A DNA stretch of 64,000 nucleotides from NCBI RefSeq assembly GCF_964194025.1, contig NC_134468.1:54932001-54996000 (forward strand). Reading direction: 5' to 3'. Shown one piece after another: positions 28,101 to 40,100 of this stretch. Positions within the stretch are counted from its first letter, which is position 1. Every line of letters starts with the position of its first letter. The notes under the pieces were generated by a model. That model did not search any database and had not been told where the DNA came from. It saw nothing but the letters and a program-made list of their open reading frames with translations. The translations under genes were made by a program, and so were the position numbers. The stretch comes from Convolutriloba macropyga (Eukaryota).

Positions 28101-31100
28101 GAATATTTTTTTGAAACACTTTTTTCATGATAAACGGCACCAAATAATGCTCATGGGCCCACTCCGTCCAAATTTGACGAAGAACACACCGAGAAATTGT
28201 CAACTCTTTGTAAGCTCAGATCACGCTATTTTTACTTCCGGTTCCTAAGAGATCTGGATTAAAACTTTTCCGGCTTATCATGTCGACACTTCTCATTTGA
28301 ATTCTATTAGTGAACTGCAACTTCAGTTAAGCTGCTTACACGTGTGAATGAGAGAAAATTAAATCACGCAATACGAAAAGGTCAGGGGTGCAAAAGTCAC
28401 TACGAATGTCAAAACGGTCAAGCAAAAAATTTGCAAAAAGACCAACAGGTTTAAAACCACAAGCGTCTAACGTCGGGCGAATTGCTCTCAAACAACCCGC
28501 ACGCCGTTGGCTTCGGCAGCAGCCAACTGGGGCTTGGGGATGATCGAATTTGGGGGCGGGGTCAAGCGTGGGTGGATCAAGCGATAGTGAAGTATTAAAA
28601 CAAACCCAACAGATTGCCGGAATAGCTTCGAAATAGTCTGGCCGTATAATATAGAAACAGATACATAGATAATTTGGAAAAATTTCTGGCCCCACTCAAT
28701 AAGCTATGTACAAAACATTCAGCGATATATTAATAAAGCTTATTCAAATTAATTCCGCAGCAGCCTTTTCATTAGTGACCTTTATTACACATATGACTTC
28801 TTTTGACCGTAAACTAATTCAAATTAAACTTAAGTTTAAAGAGCAAAAATCATTTTATTGAGCGAATTAAGTCAAGAATGATCAAAATCTAATCATTCAA
28901 ATGACCTTATATCTTTGACTAAATAGAGTGAGAATATGACGTCACGCGCGCAATCCCGCTAGTGAGAGGAAGAAGTCATTCAGAAAACTTTGACTTTTCA
29001 GCTTTGCTGTGTGAACAAAGGCTGAACAAAACAACAGCGTCAGACGACAAAACAAAAACCAAGATCCCCATATAATAGATCCAATCAGCTTACAGCTTCG
29101 CAGCTATATAAGACCACAGGACTAATATAACTGTTTCGTTCGAGAGCAATTAAAAACTTAACCGACTACCGTCGGGCCAATTGCTCTCAATCGACCCTCG
29201 AGCCGTTGTCTTCGTCAGTAGCTAGCCACGGTTTAGTGAGGCTAGCGATAGCTTAATAGAAGGGGCGTGAGGTGGGCTCGCGTGGATGGGGGGAGGGGTG
29301 ATCCGGAGGGGGAGGAGGGACCGATGAGAGGGAGGTCTTTGCTGACGAGCCCTTATGGCCTGAACGATGTGCAGGCGTGGGGATTGGGGAAGTGAGGTGG
29401 GGGGGGGGGGGGGGTGGCTGTGTGTGTGTGTGTGGGGGGGCAATTTCTCAGGCAATACTACGTAATAGCTAGTCAAGCGTAGAGAAAACCACATTACCAT
29501 TAATTTAAATTTTCATTATTTTTAGAAGTTAGTATAGTGTCTTAAAAGATGGCCAGGCAAATCATCTCGAATAAAAATTAAAAAAGGCGGACATAGCGAA
29601 AGTTCTTGGATGACAAAAATCAGCTTTCAAGTAGGCTTTAAAGAGAATGAGATTGAAATAGGAAAAAAGACTTCGCTTTTAGAAAGGCTTTCTTATTTTG
29701 GAGAAATGCTGACTTTTAACAATGCATGCTATGCAAGGCTAGGCCAACTAAAACCGTCTGAAAAAATTGCCACAACAATGTTGCAAAAAAGACCGTGGAG
29801 GCCCTTAGTTCAACAAACTACAGACAAAAAAGTTACAAACAGCAAACAAAATATCAGATTTTAAACTATATCTTGGCGTGGGGATTGCGGGAAGTGAGGG
29901 GCGTGGTTGTGTGTGTGGTGGATGGCAATTTCTAAGAACCGCCCGCCCTTCACACCAATAATTCCCGCTGGGCGCTACCTGTTTATCCCCTTTTTGACGA
30001 CGAAAGGTCAAATGCATCAGACGAAAAATTGGTCAAGCAAAAAATCGCATTAAAGACCGACAGGAATTAGTTAATTGATACAAACTTCGTTCAAGAGCAA
30101 TTAAACAACTCACAGAAAGAATCCAGAAAGATCTAACATTTTACAGAAGACAGGCAAACTTCTATCTGGATTTTCTCCGTTTGAGAGCAATTAATCAAGG
30201 CTAAAGAAACCTGAAAAATGACCTAAAAACTTGTCAGTGACTTGTTATCAAACCCTAGAGGAGGTTCCTTGAAACTTTGGGCTGAAAGAACTCATGAAAT
30301 GACAAAAAAAATGAAAAAATTAAAAATAGTGAATGTCAAACAAAATTGAAAAAATTGCAAGTCTTGTCAGAAAAATGCTGAACATTCGTGATGTTAAAAT
30401 ATTGAAAACCATTGCATTGCCACAAAAAAATATGCAGTAGCCTGTTATCAAACCCTAGAGGAGGTTCCTTGACACCTAGGGCTCAAAACCCTCATAAAAT
30501 AACAAAGGTTTTCAAAAAACTTAAAATAGTAAAAATTAGTGTAAATTTGCGTGATTTTGTTTGGAGTACCAAAACATACAGCTGTTAAAATGGTCATTAA
30601 AAAATTATGTGTTGCAAAGGACCTTTATCAACTTTAACCAGCCTCAATTTGAGATGAGGGCAGGGCGGCTATTAATCATAAAAACTGAAGTGCAAAATTT
30701 AAAATACATATTTCCAGACTTTGCAGTGAAGAAAAAATTCCAAACTATTTTTTGTTTCTGGAGTTGTCATAGAACCCATCTGCAAAAAGTTTCGTTGGCC
30801 AGTAATGATCGTTAAACTCAGAAATGAACAAAAAAACTCAAAAATTTTAAAAACAATTGCAAAAACAAAATCCTGCTAAAATTCGTGATATAACTTCTGA
30901 ACCATTTCATTGTCTTAAGAGACTATCTATCCAGTATCCCTATTTCAAGCCTTCAATACCCTCACTGGCTGAACTTAGAACATGATAATATTTTTCGAAA
31001 AAATTAACTTTTATCAGAAAATTTCTTAAACTCGAGTTATTAAAATATTGATATTCATTCCATTATTTCTAGAAACTATGCAGCAGCCTATTATCAAACA

Positions 31101-34100
31101 ATGGAGGAGCTCCCTGGGAACCTGGTGCCAGAAAAAAAATAAAAAAAATCAAAACAATTCAAAGAATTTGAAAAAAATTGCAAATCTATAATTTTTCTCA
31201 AATGTGTCAATTTTTCTCAAATGTGTCAATTTTTCTCATAATGTCAAACAAAATTGAAAAAATTGCAATTCTTGTCAGAAGAATGCTGAAAATTCGTGAT
31301 GTTAAAACATTGAAAACCATTGCATTGCCACAAAAAAACTATGCAGTAGCCTGTTATCACACCCTAGAGGAGGTTCCTTGACACCTAGGGCTCAAAACCC
31401 TCATAAAATGACAAAGGTTTTCAAAAAACTTAAAAAAATAGTAAAAATTATTGTAAATTTGCGTCGTCAATAACCCGCCTCTATTGTAGACGGGTCCAAA
31501 AAAAATCGAAAAATAACAAAACACGAAAAATTGCAACATTTTGGTCTCGAAAATTACCTTTTAACCTTAAACTACGGCCTTCCCAGCAGCTTCGCCACAC
31601 TAAGCACTTGAAGGCTTATTGAACGCGGCTAAGGGCCTCTAATGAAACTTAAGGCCCACTGCGCGCTACCTCTCACCCCTTTTTAAGGATGAAAAGTCAA
31701 ATGGGTCAGACGAAAAATCGGTTAAGCTAAAAATTGCATTAAAAAGACCAACAGGACTAATATAATTGCTACAAACTTCGTTTGAGTGCAATTAATCAAA
31801 TTATCAAATTAATGGAGAACTCACCAACTACATTTTTGCTCAGCTTACAGCTATTACAAAAGTGCCCTTAATAATTTCTTGCAAAAATTTTGGTGAGTAG
31901 CTTTCGTCACGCCTTCATAAAATTCAGAATCCATCAACACGGTCTATCATTATCAATTCATACGACTTGATCCATTGATGAGCAAAACATCATAGTAGAG
32001 CTACGTCTTGTTATTTATCGTCGTTTAAATTGGAAAGGGACTAAGTTTTCGATGCTTCGGTAGCATGACTCAACCAATTTCTCCTTGCCTGAAACTGATT
32101 ACCTCATTGTCATAGTTCCACAAGACAACACATGACGAAGAAATCAGTCAATAAAAAGAGTTTATTATACTTTTGTTCAATTGATTATCCAATAGAGTGC
32201 AAAAAAATTGTTTGAATAACAAGTTAACTAACTGAATACTACACATAAACAAAATTTAGGATGCCGCACTTTTGGATTTCAGAAAACACGATTCCCAATT
32301 AGAAAAGCGCTTCTGGCAAGACTGAAATCCAGAACATTTTTTCTTAGGCAAGTACAAATTCAATTAATTTAAAACCACAGAACACGTGATACATTGCAAC
32401 TGGGGATCTCAGGAGACCCGTAGCTTTCCTGTTTTTGGCTTTTTACCTGCTGAACTTTGGCTATTAGCAGCATTTTTCAAGGCACCTTTCTGCGGACTAT
32501 CGTCGTCTGAATTTGAGTCAGAATCACTGCTGCCGTCTGAATCACTGCTTGAATCGCCTGAGTCGTCGCTGGAACTGGCATCACTCAGGCGACTGACTCC
32601 GTGGTTGACAGGGTCCAAATTGATGCCCTCACTCAGTTCCTTCTCATCTGAGAAGCAAAGGTTCCATTTAACTTTTGCGAGCTCCAGATTAGCTCAACAA
32701 TAGATGACCTACTAGATGCAGGAGGACACTTACAGGTTTTAGCAACTTTTTTCCCTCCTAGCTCCTCGATCTTTCTGACCAATTCCTCCTTCCGACTGTG
32801 GTACTCCTCAAGAGGCAGCGTTTCTTGGCCAGTAGGTGGAGGCGGCGGTGGTGCTTGCGTTTGTTTCTCTGTAAAAATTTTATGTGTTCACTAATTAGCA
32901 GACCACTAAACTCAGCTACATTAAATTTTCAGAGAGAGCACTTCAAGTTTCGCAAACATTGAGACATGCGACAGAAAATACCGCCAGCAAAAAGTGGGTA
33001 AAAAGACCAGCGAGACAAATAAAAAAAACGTTTGTTGAGCAGCTAAAAAACTACACACTGCAATCGCGGTATAACAATAATTTTTAAATACTTTCGAGAA
33101 ACTACGTTTTTAAGTTCTCAAGTTTTTAAAAACTGAATTTGGTTCAACAAGAAAAAAAAGGCAAAGAACAATTTCTTTCCCGGTTAACTAAAGTAGGAAC
33201 AGTTACATAACGTAACGCAACAGAAAACGTACTAGCAGCTGGTCCAGTTCCACGTGGCTTTTTGGACTTGAGACACTGATTGACGAACTTCTCCAGCGCC
33301 CGTAATGTCACAGCCCTCACAGTTTCTAGATCCAGCGTGATCTCGGCGACATCTGCGTCCTGCAGCTGAGGCTCATGTGCACGCAGTATGTGTACAACCC
33401 GATAAAGCTGGGGTTCTAAGCATACAACGTTTGGTTAAATTTTTCATATATACCTTCGGTTTTTTTTTAATTGAATAACATAGTCGGCAGATTGCTGAAA
33501 TAGCTGCACACTAGACTTACGTGTCGTATAATACAAAAACAGATACAAATATAAGTTGAAAAAATTATGTAAACCCCTCAAAAAACTATGTAAAAAATAT
33601 TCAAAGGCTTGTTAAAATTCACTCCTCAAAAACATTTTAGGGACATTTATTACACACGTGAGCTCCTTTGACCTTAAACTTATTTCTATTAGTTTTAAAG
33701 AGCAAAAGCCATTTTATTGAGTGATTAGGTCACATACGATCAAAACCTAATCACTTTAATGACCTTAAATTTTATTACAAGAGAGAGTGAGAAATGACGT
33801 CACTCGAACAAATGAGAAAAAAGACTCTGAGCTTTTTCAGCTTTGCTGTATGAAATGTAAAACAAAAAAAGAGGGTCAGAAGCAGGAACAAAAAAACGCC
33901 AGGACAAGACCTGACCTACAAATCTATAGAATGTGCATTGAATAACCCAAAAACAAACCTAGAATGGACAACGCTTGCATTGCAAAAACCATCTAGAAAA
34001 AAATCCTACCATGAAAATCGAAAAAAACAGCAAAACACAAATTGTCGCATAAAAGCAAAAATTCCACTACCGAGATTTCAAACAGTTTCTCACTCAACTT

Positions 34101-37100
34101 ACGTTGCGAAAACACCCCTTTTTCGCTCTTCCTGTTTCGGAATACCAAAATCATCACTTCAATTTGACTTAACATTGACAAAAAAGAGCGCACCAACACA
34201 ATTAAAATTTGTGCCGTTGACAGAATGACGGCGGCTATTAATCACTACTCCAATTCGACTTCAAAAAACATGGAAAAGTGTGAACAGATCCTTGAAAACA
34301 GACAACGCCCCAATACAATTCAAAGTCTTTGAATTGTAAAAACCATAGCCGAAGACTCCGGAACCAACTCGAACAATTTCACTCACACAATAACCAATCA
34401 ATATCTGACAATAATAACTTCATAACCCTATTCAATTGGAACCAAATTATCAGCGAAAAGACAAATATGAAAATATTTTCTCAAATAATTTCTCAAAAGT
34501 TGCACCTTCAAAAGCATTGTTTATAATAGATTGTCTAGTGAGAATATCAAATGTTCGGAAAACAAAAACATAGCCAGCAGATTGCCGGAAAATAGCCGCG
34601 ATAGACGCTTGTGGCCTTCCATGAATTGAAACAACTAGACACAAGATAGACAGCTTGAACAACAGTGCTTTAGTAGACCACTAGATTTTTTGGGTTAGAT
34701 ACCTACTGTCATTTTTATGATACACATACGGTCTATAAGGAAAAAACCCTAAAAGAGCGTTTTCAAAATTGATCATCGAAATCAAAAATTTAAGACTAAT
34801 ACTCAAGAATTAGGGCATATAAGTTCGGCACTACTTAGAAGCACACTATTGATCTTTAACTAGTAAATGTTCATAGAATAAAGTTCAATAAGTGAGTTCA
34901 GTAGTCATTTTTTTGAGTGAGGTAAGTCACGCAATCGACCTAAAAGCAAAAATGACGTCACGCAGACAAATTTTAACTGCAAAGCAGTAGAAGACACTGA
35001 AGTCATTGAAAAAGTCAGGGTAAAACGAAACAAAAACCTGTTAGACGAAGTAAAAAAATTAAGAGCGCAATAATAGCCGCCTGGAATTGCTGACGCGTCT
35101 ATTAACCAACTATTTATCTCAAAAAAGGAGAAAACCGAGCAAAAAGAATAGAATTAAAGAAGACAAAATCCAAAAAAAACTTAAATATTTTAATATTCTC
35201 TAAAAGTACAAAATCCCATCAACCGTTTCCGACACACCTTAAGAAGCAGTTACTGCTGATTGCGTGAGCAACCACACGACACTTAAACGCACTAAAAATA
35301 TGCGCAAGAATTTAAAAGCTAGAAAAACTTATGAAATTATTAACTTAATTCATGAAAACGTGATCAAACCTTCAATTGTTTTCACTTAGTAATGATAACC
35401 CTTAAAACAACCCTAATTTAAAAAACTGCTCAAAAAAACCCTGATAGCCAAAAAACCGCACAATTAGGCAAAAAGGGCATAAAAGTAGCCCATTTTCTTG
35501 AAATAAAACAAACAAAATATTAACGAATTCAGAAGGCCTCGAAAACCAACATAAAGACAAATTTCAGCCAAAACATGAGGAAACGAAAACCACCAAAAAG
35601 CGTCTAAATCGGCAAAATTACAAAAATGGCTCAAGTTTGCATATAAAACTCTAATATAAGGCAGAGATTAAAAGGTCCCAAACATACAGTTACTTGTTGA
35701 TAACATTTAGAATAGCTAGCTACTTTACCCGAAAAATTTCAGCCATTTGACCTAAACACTTAGTTTTCACGTGTGGCATTGACTTTCACATCATGTTTTA
35801 AATACACTCCAAAAAAATTATCCATTAAGACGATTTTTGTACACCAATTCTCCTCTTCGAGTCATAAAAACCAAGAACACCGCAATATAGCTACGCTCAG
35901 CTTGCAACTTAGCAGCTATACTACCTCAAAAATAGCGCTTAAGGAACACTCGGATTCATGTTACTTGGATTGACTTACTTGTGAGTCGATCAATATTACT
36001 ACTCAATTGGCGTTTTTCTTCATACGTCATGTCAGTGGCATTATCCTCTTCGTCACTGTCAAGCACAAAATCTGACGGTCTAGGCATTCTGAAAACATTC
36101 AATAGTTTACTATTTATTTTGACATGAAATTCGCCTCAAAATCGCCCAGTCTGTACTTCAATTACTTAAGTGTTTACCCTGTAAAGTTCATAGTTTTTGG
36201 CGTGTTTCAACCGTTCTCATTATTTTTGCTACTCATCAACTGCATCTTTCAATTCGATCAATTAGATGGCATTTCATCTAATGCCAAAATAGATGCCCGA
36301 TTAAATCCGCGATCTAAACGTTCAAGATTGAAAATTAGCAAACCACATAACAAGCGGTTTTATCTGAGCTGGTCAATTAGCAGGTCAATTTTATCTGAGC
36401 TTCATTGAATAATTTGATTGATAGTTTCGTTGAATAATTTGACAACCCAATTTCTTTTAGCGTTAACGCTCCTCACGTCATATTTTTCGTCTCCTCAACA
36501 GTTTCGTTTAATCTCATAATTAGAGACTAGTAAGGTTCTTAGAGAGCAACCTAATTCTCTCCTGCTTTACCAGTCAATCCCGTTTATCAAGACAAAAATT
36601 AACAACATTTTTTGGGCACAGGAAAATCGGTATACGAAAAATTGGCAGTACAAACATTACCGACTAACATCTGAAGAATTGCTCTCGAATCAATAGTGGG
36701 AGCTCGATTCTATTACAGTCGGATTCATTCGGGTGTGGGGTGGATACTAAATTCACTGAGGGGGGCTTCAAATGACGTCATTAGAAGTTATTATATACCA
36801 CTAATTAAAATTAAAGTGAAAAAGTACATCAACTTCGGTGCACGTAGGGCGAACTGCTCTCAAACGACCGGCGAGCGGTTGGCTTCTCCAGCAGCTAGCC
36901 ACGGGGGTGTACCGGGGGCTGATGGTGGGGTGGGGCAACAGCGGGGGTGGGGGCGACAGTGAGGGGGGGTTCTTCAACATCTAAGAACCGCCCTTCACAC
37001 CATAAGTATTAAACCGACCTTAACACCATGAAAATTAAAGTTTCAGAATGAAGTTCATGCAAGACCGGAAATGGCTTTCATTGTCGGAGCAAGCTGCATC

Positions 37101-40100
37101 ACCAATCTGAAGAACAGTTGCGGACAAAAGACGAGGAAACGACTAGAGACGATTTCATACTCCAAGCCTGGACTCTCAGTTAACCCAAACACAAAGAATC
37201 CTACAAAAATTGTACAGTATTTGTTTAAAAACAAATTTGTCCTCAAAAATAGAAACAAACTAATAATCTGGCACGACGTTATCAATAACAGCATTACTGA
37301 ACGCAGAAGCAACTACTGCTCTATCATAAAAGCACCGCCCCCTCACCCCCGACCAGCTGGTAGCAACCCTAAAGAAACTTAACATCAACAATCGCATCAT
37401 CGCAATTGTCTACACCCGTAGAGGGGGTACCCCCGATCTGTCCTCCAAGCTGCGCGAAACGGGCATTCTGGTCCATGAGTGTCTAAAGAACCTAATCCCC
37501 CGAAGACGAACGATTTAAACTTGCTAGCAGAATCTAAAAAAGTGCACCAGGATTCTATCCTCGAGAGCCGCTTTGTTTCTTGTGTACTACGTAATGGTGG
37601 AAACCTACGCCGTCTAATAAAGAAGAAACGACCGTAGAAACCAAAGAAAAAGCCAAACAAGAAACAGAAGGACAGGATAAAGAAAAGAAAGCTTCAACAA
37701 TCATAAGTGAGTTCCCTCTTCTACTTCCTGTCCTTTCTCTTCGTGAATCCGGAGGCTCTTCGGAATATCGAAATTGCATCACAACAAAGTAGTAGTAGTA
37801 AGAGGAACCCCCTCCCAGTATCTTCTCGTGAATCCAGAAGCTCCACGGAGTTTCGGAATAGCATTAGATAAATCAAACCTAAGAAGCTTTTTCTCCCCTC
37901 TTTCTACCTCTATCTTTTTCGTTTCGTGAATCCGGAGGTTCCTCGGAGCATCGGAATTGCATCCGAAACTGATAGTTGTAGAATTTTTATTCCCACCATC
38001 AAAGCTATCTAAGCTTTTTCTCCCCTCTTTCTACCTCTATCTTTTTCGTTTCGTGAATCCGGAGGCTCCTCGGAGTATCGGAATTGCATCCGAAACTGAT
38101 AGTTGTAAAATTTTATTCCCACCACCAAAGCTGTCTATTCGCGAATCCGAAGGCTCCCCGGAGTATCGGAATCGCAATAGATAGTCAAAATGACCCGTGT
38201 CCGTAGTGAAAGCAACTGCAAAACATGCAAAGCCCCATCAGCAACCGCGAAGCTGTCTTCACTGTCTCTTGCGGTGACTCGATGCATCTCACACCCAGCT
38301 GCACTGGAATGAGCGAAAAGGCTATGTATGGCATCCAAAAGATTAGCCAGAATGTTCTCCTTGTGTGCAACACTTGCGTACAAAACAATCAGCTCGATCG
38401 CGTGCTCGACCAAATAGCAAGTACCAGAGAAAGGGCAGATATTGAAGCAATCACCCAGTGTTTAGAAGTCAAATAAGAACTGGCCCAAATCAAAAATGAA
38501 GTTAAGGCAAAACCACCACCAGAGCCAACAAAGGCCCATATCCCTGCTTGGGTAAAACCGCAAAACCAGTCGATATCCGAAAGAAACAACGGAGTCAAAG
38601 AGAACTACGACGGCATCCGCTTCCGTGGCATCACTGAATCTAAGGCGAGAACCGGAGGAGAACAATATGACGAAGACGTAGAACAAGTGGAGCGAATATT
38701 TATCTTCCGAGCAGTCAAAAACTGCCCAATTGATGATGTCAAACGTATTAGAACATATGATCAAAACAAAAGCCGAACAATTCTAGTGAAGGTCAGCAAC
38801 GAACAACAACGACGGAAAATTCTCCTGTCTGCACACAAAATGGCAACCTACGAAAAAAGAGTCTACATCTCCCGGGAACTCAACTCCAAAGAGAAACAGA
38901 CTGAAAACGAAATTCTCCAACTCCGCAGGAGCATACTGGACTACAGAGTCAGCCGCAGAGAACTACGCATCCGACAACTGCGGCTACAACAGAGAATTGA
39001 TAACAAATGGGTCTTTATAGACAACAAAGAAGATTCGAAACATAACGATTTGTCACTCGAGTTCGATTGACTAGAAAACACAAAGCCAAAAATCAAAACG
39101 CTATTCCTCAACTTTAGAAGCCTCCTCGACTTCAACAGACGACAAGCCTTCGCAAATGAAACTGCCAAATTGGGATATGACATCCTTTGCCTAACCGAAA
39201 TCTGGCTGACCGATTACAAACCGGATGAAGCCCTCTTCCTCCGCGGATACGAAAACCAAAACAACAATACTTTTGTATATACAGCCCATTAAAAAACAGT
39301 CCATACAGAGCCAGCAAAAACAATCTCGAAGTCTTTCTAAACGAACTAAAAAGAACAGCAGCAGAACATGAATCCACGATTGTCATCACTAATGATCTGA
39401 ACCGTGACACAGCTGATTGGGAGAGCATGAAGTCCAAGGACAAGTACGAGAAAAATGTGATCCGCAAACGACGAAATGAACTTACAACAAACCCTACCAC
39501 ATGGAGACAAACCACCCTTAGACGTATTGCTCACGCAGTCACCTGAAAGCATCGAAATCGCCCAAATAGATACAAAACTCGAAGCAGGGTATTCTGTTAT
39601 CGGAAAACGATGCTCCGACCACCGACCATTCCAAATCACCATATCGACAGCCATACCCACCAAGCCACCGCCACCCAAAATTCAACATGCATATCAAAAA
39701 ACCGACTGGCAAAAAAATGAACACTTACATTGTTGAACATCTAATCACGCCATACTGTTATAGCAACAATGATGAACTAGTGACTCAATGGTACAATTGG
39801 CTCCAAGAGATCATCGACACCCACATCCCTCGTGTTACATATCACCGCGCCCAACTTCCACCCTGGGTAACCCCTCCCACTAAATCAAAACGTTGAACAC
39901 CATGAAAAGGAAATATGAACGAAAACCGAATCCATCTCTCCTCTTGAAAATGAAAAGGAATGAAAAAGACATCAAAGACCGGATGTTAAGTGACCAAACT
40001 GTATACGAAGAAAAACTCTTCAAAGGAAAACGTATGCCCGACTTGCAAAAATACCTCAAATTCCTCCACAAGACAAAACAATTCCCTGACGGAATGTACT

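Noticed and set aside
37720-38175. CRISPR-like repeat-spacer array
   Set aside because: Eukaryotic context, the spacers are themselves duplicated, and there are no cas genes. These are LINE-internal tandem repeats.
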